Notes under the pieces: model-generated
What the model saw: only the letters and a program-made list of their open reading frames with translations
Database searches by the model: none
What the model was told of the DNA's origin: nothing
Assembly (NCBI GenBank): GCA_010909165.1
Contig: VJWM01000179.1
Span: 1 to 64,000 of the forward strand
Origin: Anthoceros angustus
Lineage: Eukaryota; Plantae; Anthocerotophyta
DNA length: 64,000 bases
Direction of reading: 5' to 3'
Translations under genes and position numbers: made by a program
Part shown: positions 50,601 to 64,000 of the stretch, piece after piece
Position numbering within the stretch: the stretch's first letter is position 1
Layout: the number at the start of each line of letters is the position of its first letter

Positions 50601-51678
50601 TTCCGCATCCTCTACATATCACTTGGAGATTCATATAAGAACAGTTTAGTTGCTATAAATTTGTGATGTTTTATTGCTTGACAAGTTCCTTCATGAGTTG
50701 TAGGGACTTTACAGTTTTAGCAACATTGATATAGATAATTATTCTCTTGCAGTTTCTTGGACTAGGGACTCTTTCTTTTCTAGGTTCTCTAACTTGAAAT
50801 GGACCCCGTTTGTCTAGCATAATTCTAAGCCGCTCTCTCTAGTTGCTAGTACCCAGGTGTCTAATGGGCAAGTGTAAACACATTAGTTACCAACAGCTAG
50901 AGAAAGCGCAATCGTGAGCCGAGCTTAAGATTGTGAAAGAGGTCTAGAGCGCAGCCTTTGAAATTTACGTCTAACGTTTGATGGTGGCAATAGGCCCCAG
51001 CAATACAATCAGGGCAAGAATAACTCACATCAACGTTTCTTTAGTTATCCCTAGCCTACACGTGGACAATGTCTTTTCCTTGTGCGATAATAGACAATGT
51101 CTTAAAATTTTGTATTGTGCTAAGCCTGCTGCAAAAGTGCAAAGCATAGAGTTTGATATAAAAGATATCGGTACTCTTCAATCTTATTTTAGTAGGAGCG
51201 TCTCTATTTTTGGAAAACATGTATAGAGAGCTTTGTGTTAAATTTGAGATAAAAGTATTTTCCTATTTTTTTATGGCCCCTTCTTAGGTAGGAAATGACC
51301 CGATAAAATTTTAACATGGCTTTACAACATATGCAAGTGGAGGTCACTAGTTAGTTACATTTATCCTGGCTACATATTTTGGCTTTGAGGACGCTAAATG
51401 ATAGATCTTTGGATGAATTCGTGAATCCTCGATCAAGGCTGAGTCCCCACGCGGAGCTATATGATTGATTAGAAATAGAAGATAATTATGAATGGGCTAG
51501 TGATATTGCTTACAGAGAAAAATGTGCCAATTGATTCGTGGTGTACAATGTCTTTGGTGTTGAATGCCTCATATGCGTGGATGCCTAGTGTTAGAAAACC
51601 ATGATGGGGTCATGAGTTGTGGTTAGTACGTACATATGTACTAACCACAATCCTACACGAGAGGTAATAAAAATAGAG

Positions 51679-51998
51679 GACATAGAGCATAGGGGTTCCT
51701 CGCAGTTGTCGTCACACAAGACATAGAGCATAGAGGTTCCCCGCAATTTTCGTCACAAAAGACATAGAGCATAGGGGTTCCCCGCAATTGTCGTAACAGA
51801 AGACATAAACCAGAGGGGTTCCCCGCAATTGTCGTAACAGAAGACATAAAGCAAAGGGGTTCTGTGCAATTGTCGTCACATAACACATGAGCATAGGGGT
51901 TCCATAATTGTCGTAATGTAAGACATAAAGCAAAGGGGTTCTGTGCAATTGTCGTCACATAACACATGAGCATAGGGGTTCCACGCAATTGTCGTAAC
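51679..51998. repeat. ~41 bp minisatellite, 8 copies
   Basis: Unit gacatagagcataggggttccccgcaattgtcgt(a/c)acagaa with variants. Confidence 0.92.
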
Positions 51999-54900
51999 TG
52001 TGGAAGTCCACATGTATACTAACCCTTCCCTAGACTGTCGGTTTGAACGTTTTTTTTGTTTTTGTTTTTCTCATGTTTTGTGTGATGGAGTGCTTAGGAA
52101 TTGTCCGAGGCAAGGCCTTTTATACCAAAAGTGATCCTTGGCCTATGACAATAATACTTTTACAAATAATTAGTCCTTGGACCTCGAATATGTGTATGTC
52201 AGGCCAGGCTAGAAGGTCCTTGGACCTTGGGATTTTTAGGAATAAAAAGTGTCTATATATGGTAGGGGGGACCCTTCATTCAGCAATAGTGGCGCAGGGA
52301 AGTGGGGAGGTGGCTAGTCCCACAACGGTGGCCGTGTATGGAACGTACAGGCCAGGGGGAGTTAACAACCCTAGTGGCGGAGCCGGGGCTGACAGTGAGC
52401 TGAGCAAGTTGGAGCGCAACTGGGAGAAGACCGCACCTGGGTACCGAGAGTCTGTGAGATTTCAAGGGGCGAGCGAGCTGATCAAGTCGGCAACTGGGCA
52501 GGCCTTCAACGGAGTTGAGAGAAGGATGTGCGCATGTAGCCACGTCAGGAACGAGGGTTTCTTTTACGGCGCAAGTGTTTGCATTTGTGTGGTGGAGCAC
52601 CGTGGAGGCGCGGTCTGCCGTATGCGGGGAGAGAACCCCAGGTAGCAACTCCGCGATCACCCGCGTGCGATATTGTTTCCAAGCCAATCCCAAAATCAAC
52701 AATGTTGTGGATCTTCTCACCAAAGTCGGGAGACTCTGCAACACTCTCGACATCAGAGTCTTGCCCAGTGCTCCTGCCTCGTGTAGCACATTCTCAATAC
52801 TATTCACAGGACCGCCACAAGATCCGGAGGGCCGACCTGTCGCCCAGGTCGTCAGTGTTATCCCGGCCGCCCAAATGCGCCAGCGAGGTACATCTTCGCG
52901 ATGCGCTTCGCCACTGGTGACCTGAAGAAATCCGGATGGATGGTGCCAGGAGCTGCCTCTCGTGGTGGCATACGCTCGGGCCCAGTGTCACGGTGTCTGC
53001 GTCGACCACCGGACATCCGGTTAAATGTCCGCACGAGTTCTTCTTGTGCGATCCTCTCCGCCTCTGCATCGTACCCGGGGTCATACAGAAAAAGGTCGCC
53101 ATCGCTGGCAACCATATCCTTGATTCCACCCTCCATGTCTGGAACACGCACATCGTCATCGCTCTCCACCGTCCTAGCACCTGTTAAAAATCCTTGAAAT
53201 CCCTTCCTTGTGAAGGTGAAATCCGCGAACCTTCTTCGGCTTAAACCCTGTTAGCATAAGTGTTCGCGAGAAAATAATTTGGTCAATGTCTTTCAATACA
53301 TATTTAAAGAGTGGTTTTGCTAAAGATGATGCATTTTGGCCTATCATCATTTTTTTGGTCTTTAGGGACCCAAACCCTTTAATGGAGAATAACCCTATCC
53401 GAGAGATCATATTCGCTGCACCAATGTCTCTTCAAGGACTATGCTTGGTCCACCATAGCTTGCCCTACTAGAAAAGGCAGCCTATGTTACACTTTATGTT
53501 AAGATTTGGACCCCGGATGTAACACTTATGTTGCAATTTTGGGGTCATGTAACACTTTTGGTCTTTGTTACACTTTTGGCTTGGAAACCAAACCGAGTGT
53601 TTGTTGCAACCATGTTGCAATGGTGTTGCAATTTTGTTGAGATGAAGTGAGAGGCGCTTTTGTCCTCTCTCAAGATTGCAACAAGATTATAAAGTGTTAC
53701 AAGAAAAGTCTTGTAACACTTTTGGAGGCTTGGTACCGAACCTCCTCCCCATCTACCTTCCTCCTTTACTACATTTACCATATGGAATACTTGGTTTCCT
53801 TATTTCCTTATGTATGAATACATATATATAAATACATATACAATATACTTCAGAATAATCGTATTGGTATGGTGATATATAATATACGATAATTTCCTAT
53901 ATACGGTTATATTTCATTTTGTATAAAACACGATATACATATAATCGATAACGCATATATTTGTACACGCCCAGATACTATACTTTGTATTCATCATTTA
54001 TGAAAACCTCAGGGATACATACATCCCACATTCACCATGGCCTATTTTTGTATCCGGGTCGCGAACCTACCTTCTCTAGCGTGCAGCTTGTCCCCCATGC
54101 CCATCGGCTTCCATGGCTCGCCCACCCTTCTTATCATTACTAGTTGTTACTACCTTTGTTTGCTCCTAGGAGTGCTTGCTTTTGCCGTTTTCGCCCATAC
54201 ATGGCCCTCCCCATCATTTCTAATTTCCTACTCCTCATCGTATGCATGAGAAGGAAACCTCCTACAACCCCTGCTTTGCGATTTTCTTCCTCCCTTCCTC
54301 TTGCGTCTCGCCACTCGCCTTTCCCTTCCATCGCATCCATCCCTTCCGCCTTCCGCACGCACCACGACATACATCGCAGCATGCCCTTCAAGACATGTGC
54401 ATATAGGTGTGACCTTTTCAATTGCTTACCTTCCCGCACCATCCGGCTTTATGTACCTCTTGCCCAATCCGCCTCCTTCCATCGCTCACTGTGGCGGCCC
54501 CGCCTCGTCACACGGCCCCGCCGATGCCCAGCACCTCCCCGCCTCTTCGGCCTCCACCTTGTCATGTGGCGAGCTCCAATGGGGCCTCACTGGAGGTCCA
54601 TGCTTTCCGAGCTGTGTATGTGTCCGCACGGTTAGGCACGCCTCAATTCCATCCTCCTTCCTCATCCTCTGCGCCCTGTTGTTTCGTGCCGCCATCACGT
54701 GTACCCCTTTGCCCCGCTCTTTCTCCTCCCTCGACAATTCCCTCATGGCCACTCGCCTTTTGGCCCCCACCACGACCATGGCCGCTATGGACCCCTCCTC
54801 CTCGCCACCCGCCTCCCTCTCCCACCCCATTTGTTCGCAGCCCACGCTGGACATGCCCTTGCCGGTGACGACACAATTGCCTCCCCGCTGCCGCAGAATT

Positions 54901-55249
54901 CATCCGCCTCCGATTCCATCCTCATGTCTCACCGCCTCCCTCCTCGACCCCATCTCCGTCCACAATGTGCGTCAACCAGGACGGCACCTCCCAACACACG
55001 CCTTACCACCGGACACACACCCTCCTTCCGTGAACTGCATGCCACCAGCTGAACCCAAGTCCCTCCCTCCTCCTCGTCCACCATGCTCGGCTTCTTGCCA
55101 TGGGCTGCCTCCACCTTTGTCCTCACCGCCTCCCCTACATCTCCTCACCGCCTCATTCACACTATCACCGTGCATCCATCCATCTTCGGTGATCGTGGCG
55201 CTGCCACCACGATCACATTGCTCGTGATAGCCTCCTGCACTTCCCTCCT

Positions 55250-58200
55250 CGCACCATCCCACCTTCATGGTTCACCAAGCCCGCCTCCTCCGCCCCCTCT
55301 CCTCCTCCCAATGCATTCTACTCCCACCGCCTCCTACTTATCCCTCCACATCCACACCACCACCTCCCCGCCTCTTTCTCCTCCCTCCATCCTTCGCCCT
55401 AAATGCCACCGATCCGGATCCATCTCCAATTCCATGTCGCTCAACAAAATTGTCATTTCCCTTGTTCTCCTAGCAATAGCCTGAACCTCCGGGTGGTTTT
55501 CATTCCATGTCTTACTCAGATGAACTCCGGGATAACTCGCCATCGCGAACCCCAGAGGTTGCATGGAGATCGTCCTCTTCGCCTCCCATATTCGCCTCCT
55601 CTTGGGTACCTACCATGCTTCTTCTCAACCGCACCCATCCAAAGACGCCTCCTTTCCCCAAGGGTTTGGCCCCATCCTCCGCTTTTGGCCAGCCTCTTTG
55701 CCGCAAGTTCATACTTTGATGGCTCAAACTTCCTGCTCACAGCCCATCCGAGCCTGTGCAAGGGCATCTTCCCACTCTCCTCGCCCACCATGCTTACCCG
55801 CCTCCTCCGCACTGCTTCCACCATCCGCACCATCCCACCTTCATGGTTCACCAAGCCCGCCCCTCCCTCCATTCACTGTTTTGTCGCCTCCTCTCCCATT
55901 CTCCCCTCCCTCCTACTTATCCCTCCACATCCACACCACCACCACCTCCAAGCCTCCCTGCCTTCCATCCTTCGCCCTAAATGCCACCGATCCGGATCCA
56001 TCTCCAATTCCATGTCGCTCAACAAAATTGTCATTTCCCTTGTTCTCCGGCAATAGCCTGAACCTCCGGGTGTTTTCGTTATTCCATGTCTTACTCAGAG
56101 GAACTCCGATGAACGCCGCCTTATCGCGAACCGCCCAGAGGTTGCATGGAGATCGTCCTCTTCGCCTCCCATATTCCTCCTCTTGGGTACCTACCATGCT
56201 TCTTCTCAAACCAAGCACCCATCCAAAGACGCCTCCTTTCCCCAAGGGTTTGGCCCCATCCCTCCGCTTTTGGCCAGCCTCTTTAGCTGCAAGTTCATAC
56301 TGATGGCTCAAACTTCCTGCTTCTCAGCCCATCCGAGCCTGTGCAAGGGCATCTTCCCACTCTCCTCGTCCACCATGCTCGGCTTACCCTCCTCCGCTCC
56401 CTTTCCTCTAATGCCGCTTTGCGCCTCCACACACATCGAGAATTGCGCGGCGAGTCATCTCAGAAGTGTCGGCTTATCTTGGACTTCACCACCAGTCGAA
56501 GGCTTCCGACACCGATTTCACTAACCGGCCTTCTCTCCGCCGCCATCTTGCCATGTTCCCTCATTCACAACCTTTGTCCTCACTCCTCAGCAGGCCTTGC
56601 TTGCACTCGAACAACATCGGATTCCCTTCCTCCCGCCTTTGTTTTTTGCATTGCCTCCTTCACCATTTCACGCCATTCCTTTTTATCAAGGCCGCCACCA
56701 ATGCATCGTTGTCCACCTCACACCACTCCATCATCCACCCGCACACCTCCTCTCCCTTGTCATCACACCTCCCCTTGCGAAATCGCCGCCATTCCTCATC
56801 CGCCAGGCGCTTGTCGGCCCCGCCCCCACCCGGGTTGCCCCGCCTGCCCACGCCGTGCCTTCTCGCAGCCAACCACCTCCCGTGTTGCCATGGGCTGCCT
56901 CCACATGTCCTCCGCATGAATACCAAGATGCCAAGGTGCACCGCAACGTCCGCAAACAAACCGCATCAACGTGTACACCGAACAAGACGCTCACAATCTA
57001 GTCTCAAACACCCACCTCATCCGACAAAGCATCATCATCCACTGCTCAATTCACGCAATGCTCCAAGTCCGCTGTCGGGCCGATATTCCACGCCCATGTC
57101 CTCAACCGCCATCTGGCCGCCATGTTCCTTGTCCTCACAACTCCTGTCCCTATGTGGGACGCTGCTGGCTGATGGATATGGCGGAGGGTCGGGATGAGCG
57201 AGGTAGCTCGAGACGAGCTTGCCCTCTCATCCTCCCCACCCACCTACGGCTTGGCCACGCCGGCTGCTGGTGCTCCTAGCGGTATACGATGTCCGCAAAC
57301 CCGCCTTCGCGTCGCCTCGCCCATTGCCCGTTCGGGCACCATCGCTTATGCCGAAGGCATTGGCTTGCCCCTTCCCGATAGTTGCCAAGCCAAGGTCGCC
57401 ACCGCAAAATTCAAAGCTCTCATATGGAAAGCCTTTGTTTGCAAAGTCGTACATGCTTTATTGCTTCACGGAGATGGCCCTCATCAGGCACTTTCTCCTT
57501 CACCATAATGACTAGTGTTTTATATTCTGACAACTTGTAGTATATTGCCCACATTGAGTGCAAATTTGGAAGCGCGCATCAATGCATATTGCCGATAATC
57601 ATTGTCGTCATTTGAACACCGCCACTGAAGACCACGGTATTTTGCAGTGTGACGTGGTTACGTTGTCTTCCAATTGAGCCATATTACGTTGCTCAGTAGT
57701 CCGGGAGGTTTTGCCCCCTCCCTCGACGTACATAGGCCACATGCCATGCTATATGGCCTCCCCACTCGCCTCATCCCTCCACATCCACACCACCACCTCC
57801 CGCATGCTCCCTGCCTTCCATCCTTCGCCCTAAATGCCACCGATCCGGATCCATCTCCAATTCCATGTCGTTCAACAAAATTGTCATCTCCCTTGTTCTC
57901 CATAATAGCCTGAACCTCCGGGTGGTTCGTATTCCATGTCTTACCAGATGAACTCCGGATGAACCGCCTTATCGCGAACCACATGAGAGGTTGCATGGAG
58001 ATCGCCCTCGCCTCCCATATTCGCCTCCTCTTGGGTACCTACCATGCTTCTTCTCAAACCAAGCACCCATCCAAAGACGCCTCCCCTTTCCCCAAGGGTT
58101 TGGCCCCATCCTCGCTTTTGGCCAGCCTCTTTGCCGCAAGTTCATACTGATGGCTCAAACTTCCTGCTTCACAGGCCATCCGAGCCTGTGCAAGGGCATC

Positions 58201-61200
58201 TTCCCACTCTCCTCGCCCACCATGCTCGGCTTACCCGCTCCTCCCTCCTCGCTCCCTCTCCTCTAATGCCGCTTTGCGCCTCCACACATCGAGAATTGTG
58301 CGAGTCATCTCAGAAGTGTCGGCTTATGCTGGACTTCACCACCAGGTCGGGAAGGCTTCCGACACCGATTTCACTAACTGCCTTTCTCCTCTAACGCCGC
58401 GCCATCTTGCCATGTTCCCTCATTCACAACCTTTGTCCTCACCAGTTAACAGCTTCGGCCTTGCTTCGCTCGACCGAACAACATCGGATTCCCTTCCTCC
58501 TCGTCCTTTGTTTTTTGCATTGCCTCCTTCACCATTTCACGCCATGCCTTTTTATCAAGGTCGCCACAAGTGCATCGTTGTCCACCTCACACCACTCCAT
58601 CATCATCCGCCGCACACTCCTCTCCCTTGTCATCACACCTCCCCTTGCGAATTGCGCCGCCATTCCTCATCCGCGCGGCGTCGCTGACCCGCCCACACGG
58701 GTTGCCCCGCCTGCCCACGCCGTGCCTTCTCGCACCACCTCCCGTGTTGCCATGGGCTGCCTCCACATGTCCCGCATGAACAATGCCAAGATGCCAAGGT
58801 GCACCGCAACGTCCGCAAACAAAATTGCATCAACGTGTACTATGAACAAGACGTTCAAATCTAGTCTCAAACACCCACCTCATCCGATAGCAAAGCATCA
58901 TCACCACTGCTCAATTCACGACAATGCTCCAAGTCCGCTGTCGGGCCGGGATATTCCACGCCCATGTCCTCAACCGCCATTGGTCGGCCGCCATGTTCCT
59001 TGTCCTCACAACTCTCGGTGTCCCTATGTGGGACGGTGGTCGGCGCCGCCCGATCGGAGTGTTAGGTGGCGTGGATGAGCGAGGTAGCTCGAGACGAGCT
59101 TGCCCTCTCATCCTCCCCACCCACCTACGCGGCGGCCACGCCGATGGTGCTCCTAGCGGTATACGATGTCTCCAAACTCGCTTCACGCCCCTTCCCCGCC
59201 ATTGCCCACCGGCACCATCGCCATGTGAAGGCATTGGCTTGCCCCTTCCCGATAGTTGCCAAGCCAAGGTCGCCATCGCCAAAATTCAAAGCTCTTCATA
59301 TGGAAAGCCTTTGTTTGCAAACGGCACCGTCTTTTATTGCACGGAGATCGTCCCTCACTGCACTTTCTCCTTCACCATAATGACTAGTGTTTTATATTAC
59401 GACAACTTGTAGTATTGCCCACAATTGAGTAGCGTCATCAATGCATATTGCCGATAATCATGTCGCCATGTGAACACCGCCATCAAGACCACGGTATTTT
59501 GCAAGCAGGACGTTACTGTTGTCTTCCAATGGAGCCACATTACGCTCAGTCCGGAGGTTGCCCTCCCTCGACGCCCATAGGCCACATGCCATGCGCCATA
59601 TGGCTCCGCCCACTCCTCTCCCCTCCATCCTCGCCGGTGTGGGTACGGCGATGGCCCAGCCTATGTTTCATCCATCGCTCCGGATGAGATGCATCGATAC
59701 CCGCTGGCGGCACACAAACGGACCATCTATTGAGCGCACTCACGCAAACTTTCTCCGATTTACAATGTCAAATCCGTGTACGACTTTCGATCGATGGCCT
59801 TGTCCCTCCCGGCCGACACTGCACATCTAACCTTCAACAAAATTGGCTATACTCCGCGAGAACCGCAGCGGAGTATTTGTTCTATGTGCCCGAGAACGGC
59901 GCCTCTTCAATGTCGCCGCCAGCCTCGGCCCCATGATAAACTCACACGCACTATCCTTTGTACTCCGCGACGCTTTGTCCGCCCACTGCTCGAGGTGGCG
60001 CCTTTGTTCCACATGTGGCTATATGCCACCGCTGCAACGCAGCCATCCATGATTGCGGTCACGCCACGGGTCATGCAAGGATGCCCATCCCATGCGCTCG
60101 AGCCCTTCTTCCATATATCCACCGTCGAAAGTCCGTCGACCATCCTGCACCATATGTCCTGCCGCATGAATAAATGCCAAGATGCCAAGGTGCACCGCAA
60201 CGTCCGCAAACAAAATTGCATCAACGTGTGTACAAATTCGAACAAGACGCTTGTCAATCTAGTCTCGAAACACCCACCTCATCCGACAAAGAAAGCATCA
60301 TCATCCACTGCTCAATTCACACGGACGCAATGCTCCAAGTCCGCTGGGCCGGATATTCCACGCCCATGTCCTCAACCGCCATTGGTTCGGCCATGTTCCT
60401 TGTCCCTCACAACTCTCGGTGTCCCTATGTGGGACGTGGCTGTGATGCCGCCGGATCGAGGGCTAGGTGGGTGGATGAGCGAGCCCGAGACGAGCTTGCC
60501 CTCTCATCCTCCCCACCCACCCACGGCTTGGCCACGCCGGCTGCTGGTGCTCCTAGCGTGGTATACGGCGTTCAAACCCGCTCACGCCGCGCCTTCCCCG
60601 CCATTGCCCTGCTCGCGCACCATCGCCATGTCAAGGCATTGGCTTGCCCCTTCCCGATAGTTGCCAAGGTCGCCGCCAAAATTCAAAGCTCTTCATATGG
60701 AAAGCCTTTGTTTGCAAAGTAGTCGGCCAGTTTTATTGTTTCACGGAGATCCCTCATTGCACTTTCTCCTTCACCATAATGACTAGTGTTTTATATTACG
60801 ACAACTTGTAGTATATTGCCCACAATTGGCGCATCTGAAGCGTCATCAATGCATATTGCCGATAATCATTGTCGCATGTGAACACCGCCACCCAAGACCA
60901 CGTATTTTGCGTGCGTTGGTTACGTTGTCTTCCAATGGAGCCACATTACGCTCGGTCCGGAGGTTTTGCCTCCTCGACGCCCATAGGCCACATGCCATGC
61001 GCCATATGGCTCCGCCCACTCGCCCTCCCTCCATCCTCGCCGGGTACGGCGATGGCCCAGCCTATGTTTCATCCCCGTCGGATGCAAGATGCATCGATTC
61101 ACCGCGGCCACACAAACGGACCATCTATTGAGCGCACTCAGACACACAAACTTTCTCCGATTTACAATGTCAAATCCGTACGACTTTCGCAGATCGATGG

Positions 61201-61500
61201 CCTTGTCCCTCCCGGCCGACACTGCACATCTAACCTTCAACAAAATTGGCTTATACTCGCGAGAACTGCGGAGTATTTATGTGCGTAGAGAACGGGCGCC
61301 TCTTCAATGTCGCCGCCACCGCCCCTACCATGATAAACTTCACACCGCACTATCCTTTGTACTCCGCGACGCTTTGTCCGCCCACTGCTCGAGGTGGCGC
61401 CTTTGTTCCACATGTATATGCCACCGCTGCAACGCAGCCATCCATGATTGCGGTCACTCATGCAAGGATGCCCATCCCATGCTCATAGCCCTTCTTCCAT
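55250..61500. repeat. Nested tandem segmental duplications (periods ~0.58, ~1.87 and ~1.4 kb)
   Basis: The ctaaatgccaccgatccggatcc marker recurs at ~55.4, 55.98 and 57.83 kb; caagatgccaaggtgcaccgc at ~56.92, 58.79 and 60.18 kb; caccataatgactagtg at ~57.50, 59.37 and 60.77 kb. Confidence 0.9.
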
Positions 61501-61999
61501 ATCCAGCCCGAAAGTCCCGACCATCCTGCACCGTTTGTCCTCACTTCTTCCTCAGACATGTCCAAGAACGTTCACCTCTGTGATACACATATGTGCGCCG
61601 TGCCTCCACGGCATCCATAATGTACGCACGGCCGACACCCAAAGACCTTCTCCCCATACGCTCATCTCGCACCCATGCTTCTCCCACGTGAGCATAATAA
61701 TAGCGGAGAAATGTCATGCCGAAATGCAAACTCTCTCACGCATGTACCCCACCGCTATATCGACTCGGTCTCAAGCCGCAGACCGTCCGCTTCGATCCTA
61801 AATATCTCCACCGGTACATCCACCTAGTGTGAATCGGGGAAAGCGCCACCTCGTCCACTAAGTGTATGAGGTGGGTTGATATATCAAACATCTTAGGGGA
61901 AATTGCTTCCGAGAGCACATTACCTCACGCCTCTTCGCTACGTGCTTGGATGTCCCGACAGATCGTCTACGGCAAATCCACCCAGAAGGCGCCCTAGCT

Positions 62000-63756
62000 T
62001 TACAACCGCCTTGTACACCTCGCTCTATGCACCCCGGAGGACGATGGGGAATATGATTTCCAACATAATGTGCCGCCATGGCATTTGAGGCCAACGCCAC
62101 CACTTTCCACCTTAGCCGCTATGTTGGACCCATAGCCCGGGCGCTTGATGCGCTTAATGCCCTCAATCACGGCCTTCAAGTCCGACGGACAAAACGACGG
62201 CGCAATGTATTGGCCATCGCCACCCATGTGCCACAACCATCTTTTCCTCCGCTTGCTTCCATGTCCATGCTGATGCATGTCATCTCGCCTCCAGAGGTGC
62301 CATATGGCCTCGCATTGTTTTTTCCACGCATCACATCCTTTGGCGCACACAAGCATGTGACGCCAATATGGCGACTCAACAAGGACTACCGGTTCCAAAG
62401 TTCCCTCGACGGACGCCAGTGTCGCAGCTTCTCTCGATGCCATATCCGCCACAATATCATCGAACGCTGGGTGGTTTGGGCCGTGAGGTCCGCCACCATC
62501 AAACCAATCCGCATCCTCCCACCGCTATCATCACCGGTAGCCACCGACGCGATCCGACATAAACGTTTTTCAAATCTCCGAATAGCGAGAATCAAGGTCC
62601 GCCAAGAATCGACACACGCCGCTCCTCTCACTTGCAATCCGTGAGGGTCCCAACCCCGGTAATCGGCAATGATGTGCAAAATCGCTGCTCAGAATCAAAA
62701 TGCCTCTAGGATGGTTTTAAGATTGAGAAATCTTCCATGTCCACCCTCCATAACTCTTCAAGTTCATCTACGAGGTGCCATGTACACATCGAAATTTTTA
62801 ACCATCCCCGCCCCGCACAATTAGAGGCATGATGACATGGCGCCCTCAGCCGCCTAAGGCATGTTGTGCACAAATACCAAAACCGCCATATGGACGTGTT
62901 TGCATTCGCGGGCCAAACGGGTTGAACCCTGTGGATAATGCTAACCTCAAGTTCTCGCTCATCGCCGAAACCATCAATCGCATCTAGTGCTCCATGCCGG
63001 GTATCCGCCATCATGGACATGTCCCCATTCTCGCTTTGCCTCTCGACATACCAAGTCATCAATTGTGCTATTTCCGGCATTCGAAACATGCGCTCACGGC
63101 TTTTCAAGGAAAATGCCAAGGACCTTCCGAGGACTCACCTGCTCATCAAACCCTTCCCCGAACTGCCCCACACTTTGGGCAATGGTTGCCCCATACCGCC
63201 TCAATGTAACGCAATTTTTCTCACAAGCATGGATTTTCTCATATCCGGGGCCAAAGAGGTGCAGTGTGACTTGGCCTCGTACATGTCCTTCTAGAGCTTG
63301 TTTCGAATCGGAAAAAATCCACACTTAAGAGCTTTAAGAGGGTCATACGCACGCCACGATGTCATACATGGTTTGCCACGACAGCAACAATAGTGTGGCG
63401 CTTAGCCTGCTCTCTTTCGCTTTCACTCCCTCCTGAAAGTGGTATAAAGGTGTCTTGCCAGCAGCCCGACAAGCAGCGGTTCTCTCATCGGTTCCGTCTG
63501 TGCCGAGGGCATGATCCGTTGCTTCCAGCAAGTCGTCCACGGAGTGCATGTCGGGTACATCTTCACAACCCGTTCCCTCGTCCATGCTCTCCATATCGGA
63601 GCTACTACTTTGGTCGGTCCCATTGCCATCGCTGCTTCCCCTTTCAGACCCACCGGAGCTCGTTTCCCCATCCGTTTGGGGTGCGGAAACGCCTTCAAGG
63701 CCACCGCCATCGTCCCTGTCCAAACTTGCCGCCACGCGCTGCCAAAAACCCGACAT
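62000..63756 (-). pseudogene. CACTA transposase (TnpD / Transposase_21-like), frameshifted
   Basis: Blocks TPLY..SRLSATLLLL, GYEKIHACEKNC, RMF..IAQLMTWY, LVDELEELW, IADYRG..GLQVRGAAC, SPYWRH. Confidence 0.8.
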
Positions 63757-64000
63757 TAATCCAAATATGGAAGTGCAATCCTTGGGTCACGAAACATTTG
63801 GTAAAACCGCCCCCCTATATATGTGAAGCATGGTAACATGCCATATTTGAACATAAAGATAAGTAGGAGAAACAATGGAGGTGCGCGTGGAAAGGATGGC
63901 GTGGCAATGTCTGGAGCCAGGTGTTAAACCTTAGGACTCGCACAACCGATATAAAAGTAAAAATACACCGGTTCCAAGCCTTCCAGTTGTCCTTGTGTCA

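Larger units (their letters stand above)
53463..64000 (-). mobile_element. CACTA-like transposon beginning with a variant TIR and extending past the window end
   Basis: ccctactagaaaa at 53463-53475, then repeated tgt(t/a)acactt and tgttgcaa subterminal motifs to ~53720. Transposase relic lies internally. Confidence 0.6.

Noticed and set aside
51679-51998. Type I-E CRISPR resemblance (gttccccgc, ataaacc)
   Set aside because: Units are contiguous with no spacers, and the context is eukaryotic.

Overview
Eukaryotic nuclear DNA from a land plant with flagellated sperm. Short GT-AG introns (~80-120 nt), an axonemal EFHC1/Rib72 gene, a PAS-EDR1-Raf kinase and an IAA33-type non-canonical Aux/IAA point to a bryophyte-grade plant; a hornwort is my best inference and is not verified. 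A gene island (~3-44 kb) carries, in order: a decayed Sec14/CRAL-TRIO pseudogene, an intronless mitochondrial citrate synthase, a VAD1-like GRAM-VASt gene, CDT2/DTL, an ARID-Hsp20 gene, EFHC1, an ANR/ARK/CTR1L-like kinase and an ncIAA with a very long low-complexity N-terminus. The island is bounded by the right end of a CACTA element (1-1126) and by a CACTA-like element that starts with a CCCTA variant TIR at 53463 and has a broken transposase at ~62-63.8 kb. Two decayed CRE-like (RLE-type) non-LTR retrotransposons sit at ~13.6-17.6 kb and ~48.8-50.6 kb and share a 3' hairpin. Best leads: the CRE-like family, the ncIAA repeat architecture, the intronless citrate synthase, a cryptic ParB-like ORF and the AT-rich EFHC1 gene. 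I found no CRISPR array and no tRNA or rRNA genes. All calls come from reading motifs by eye; boundaries are approximate, and the many indels in repeats may be assembly errors.
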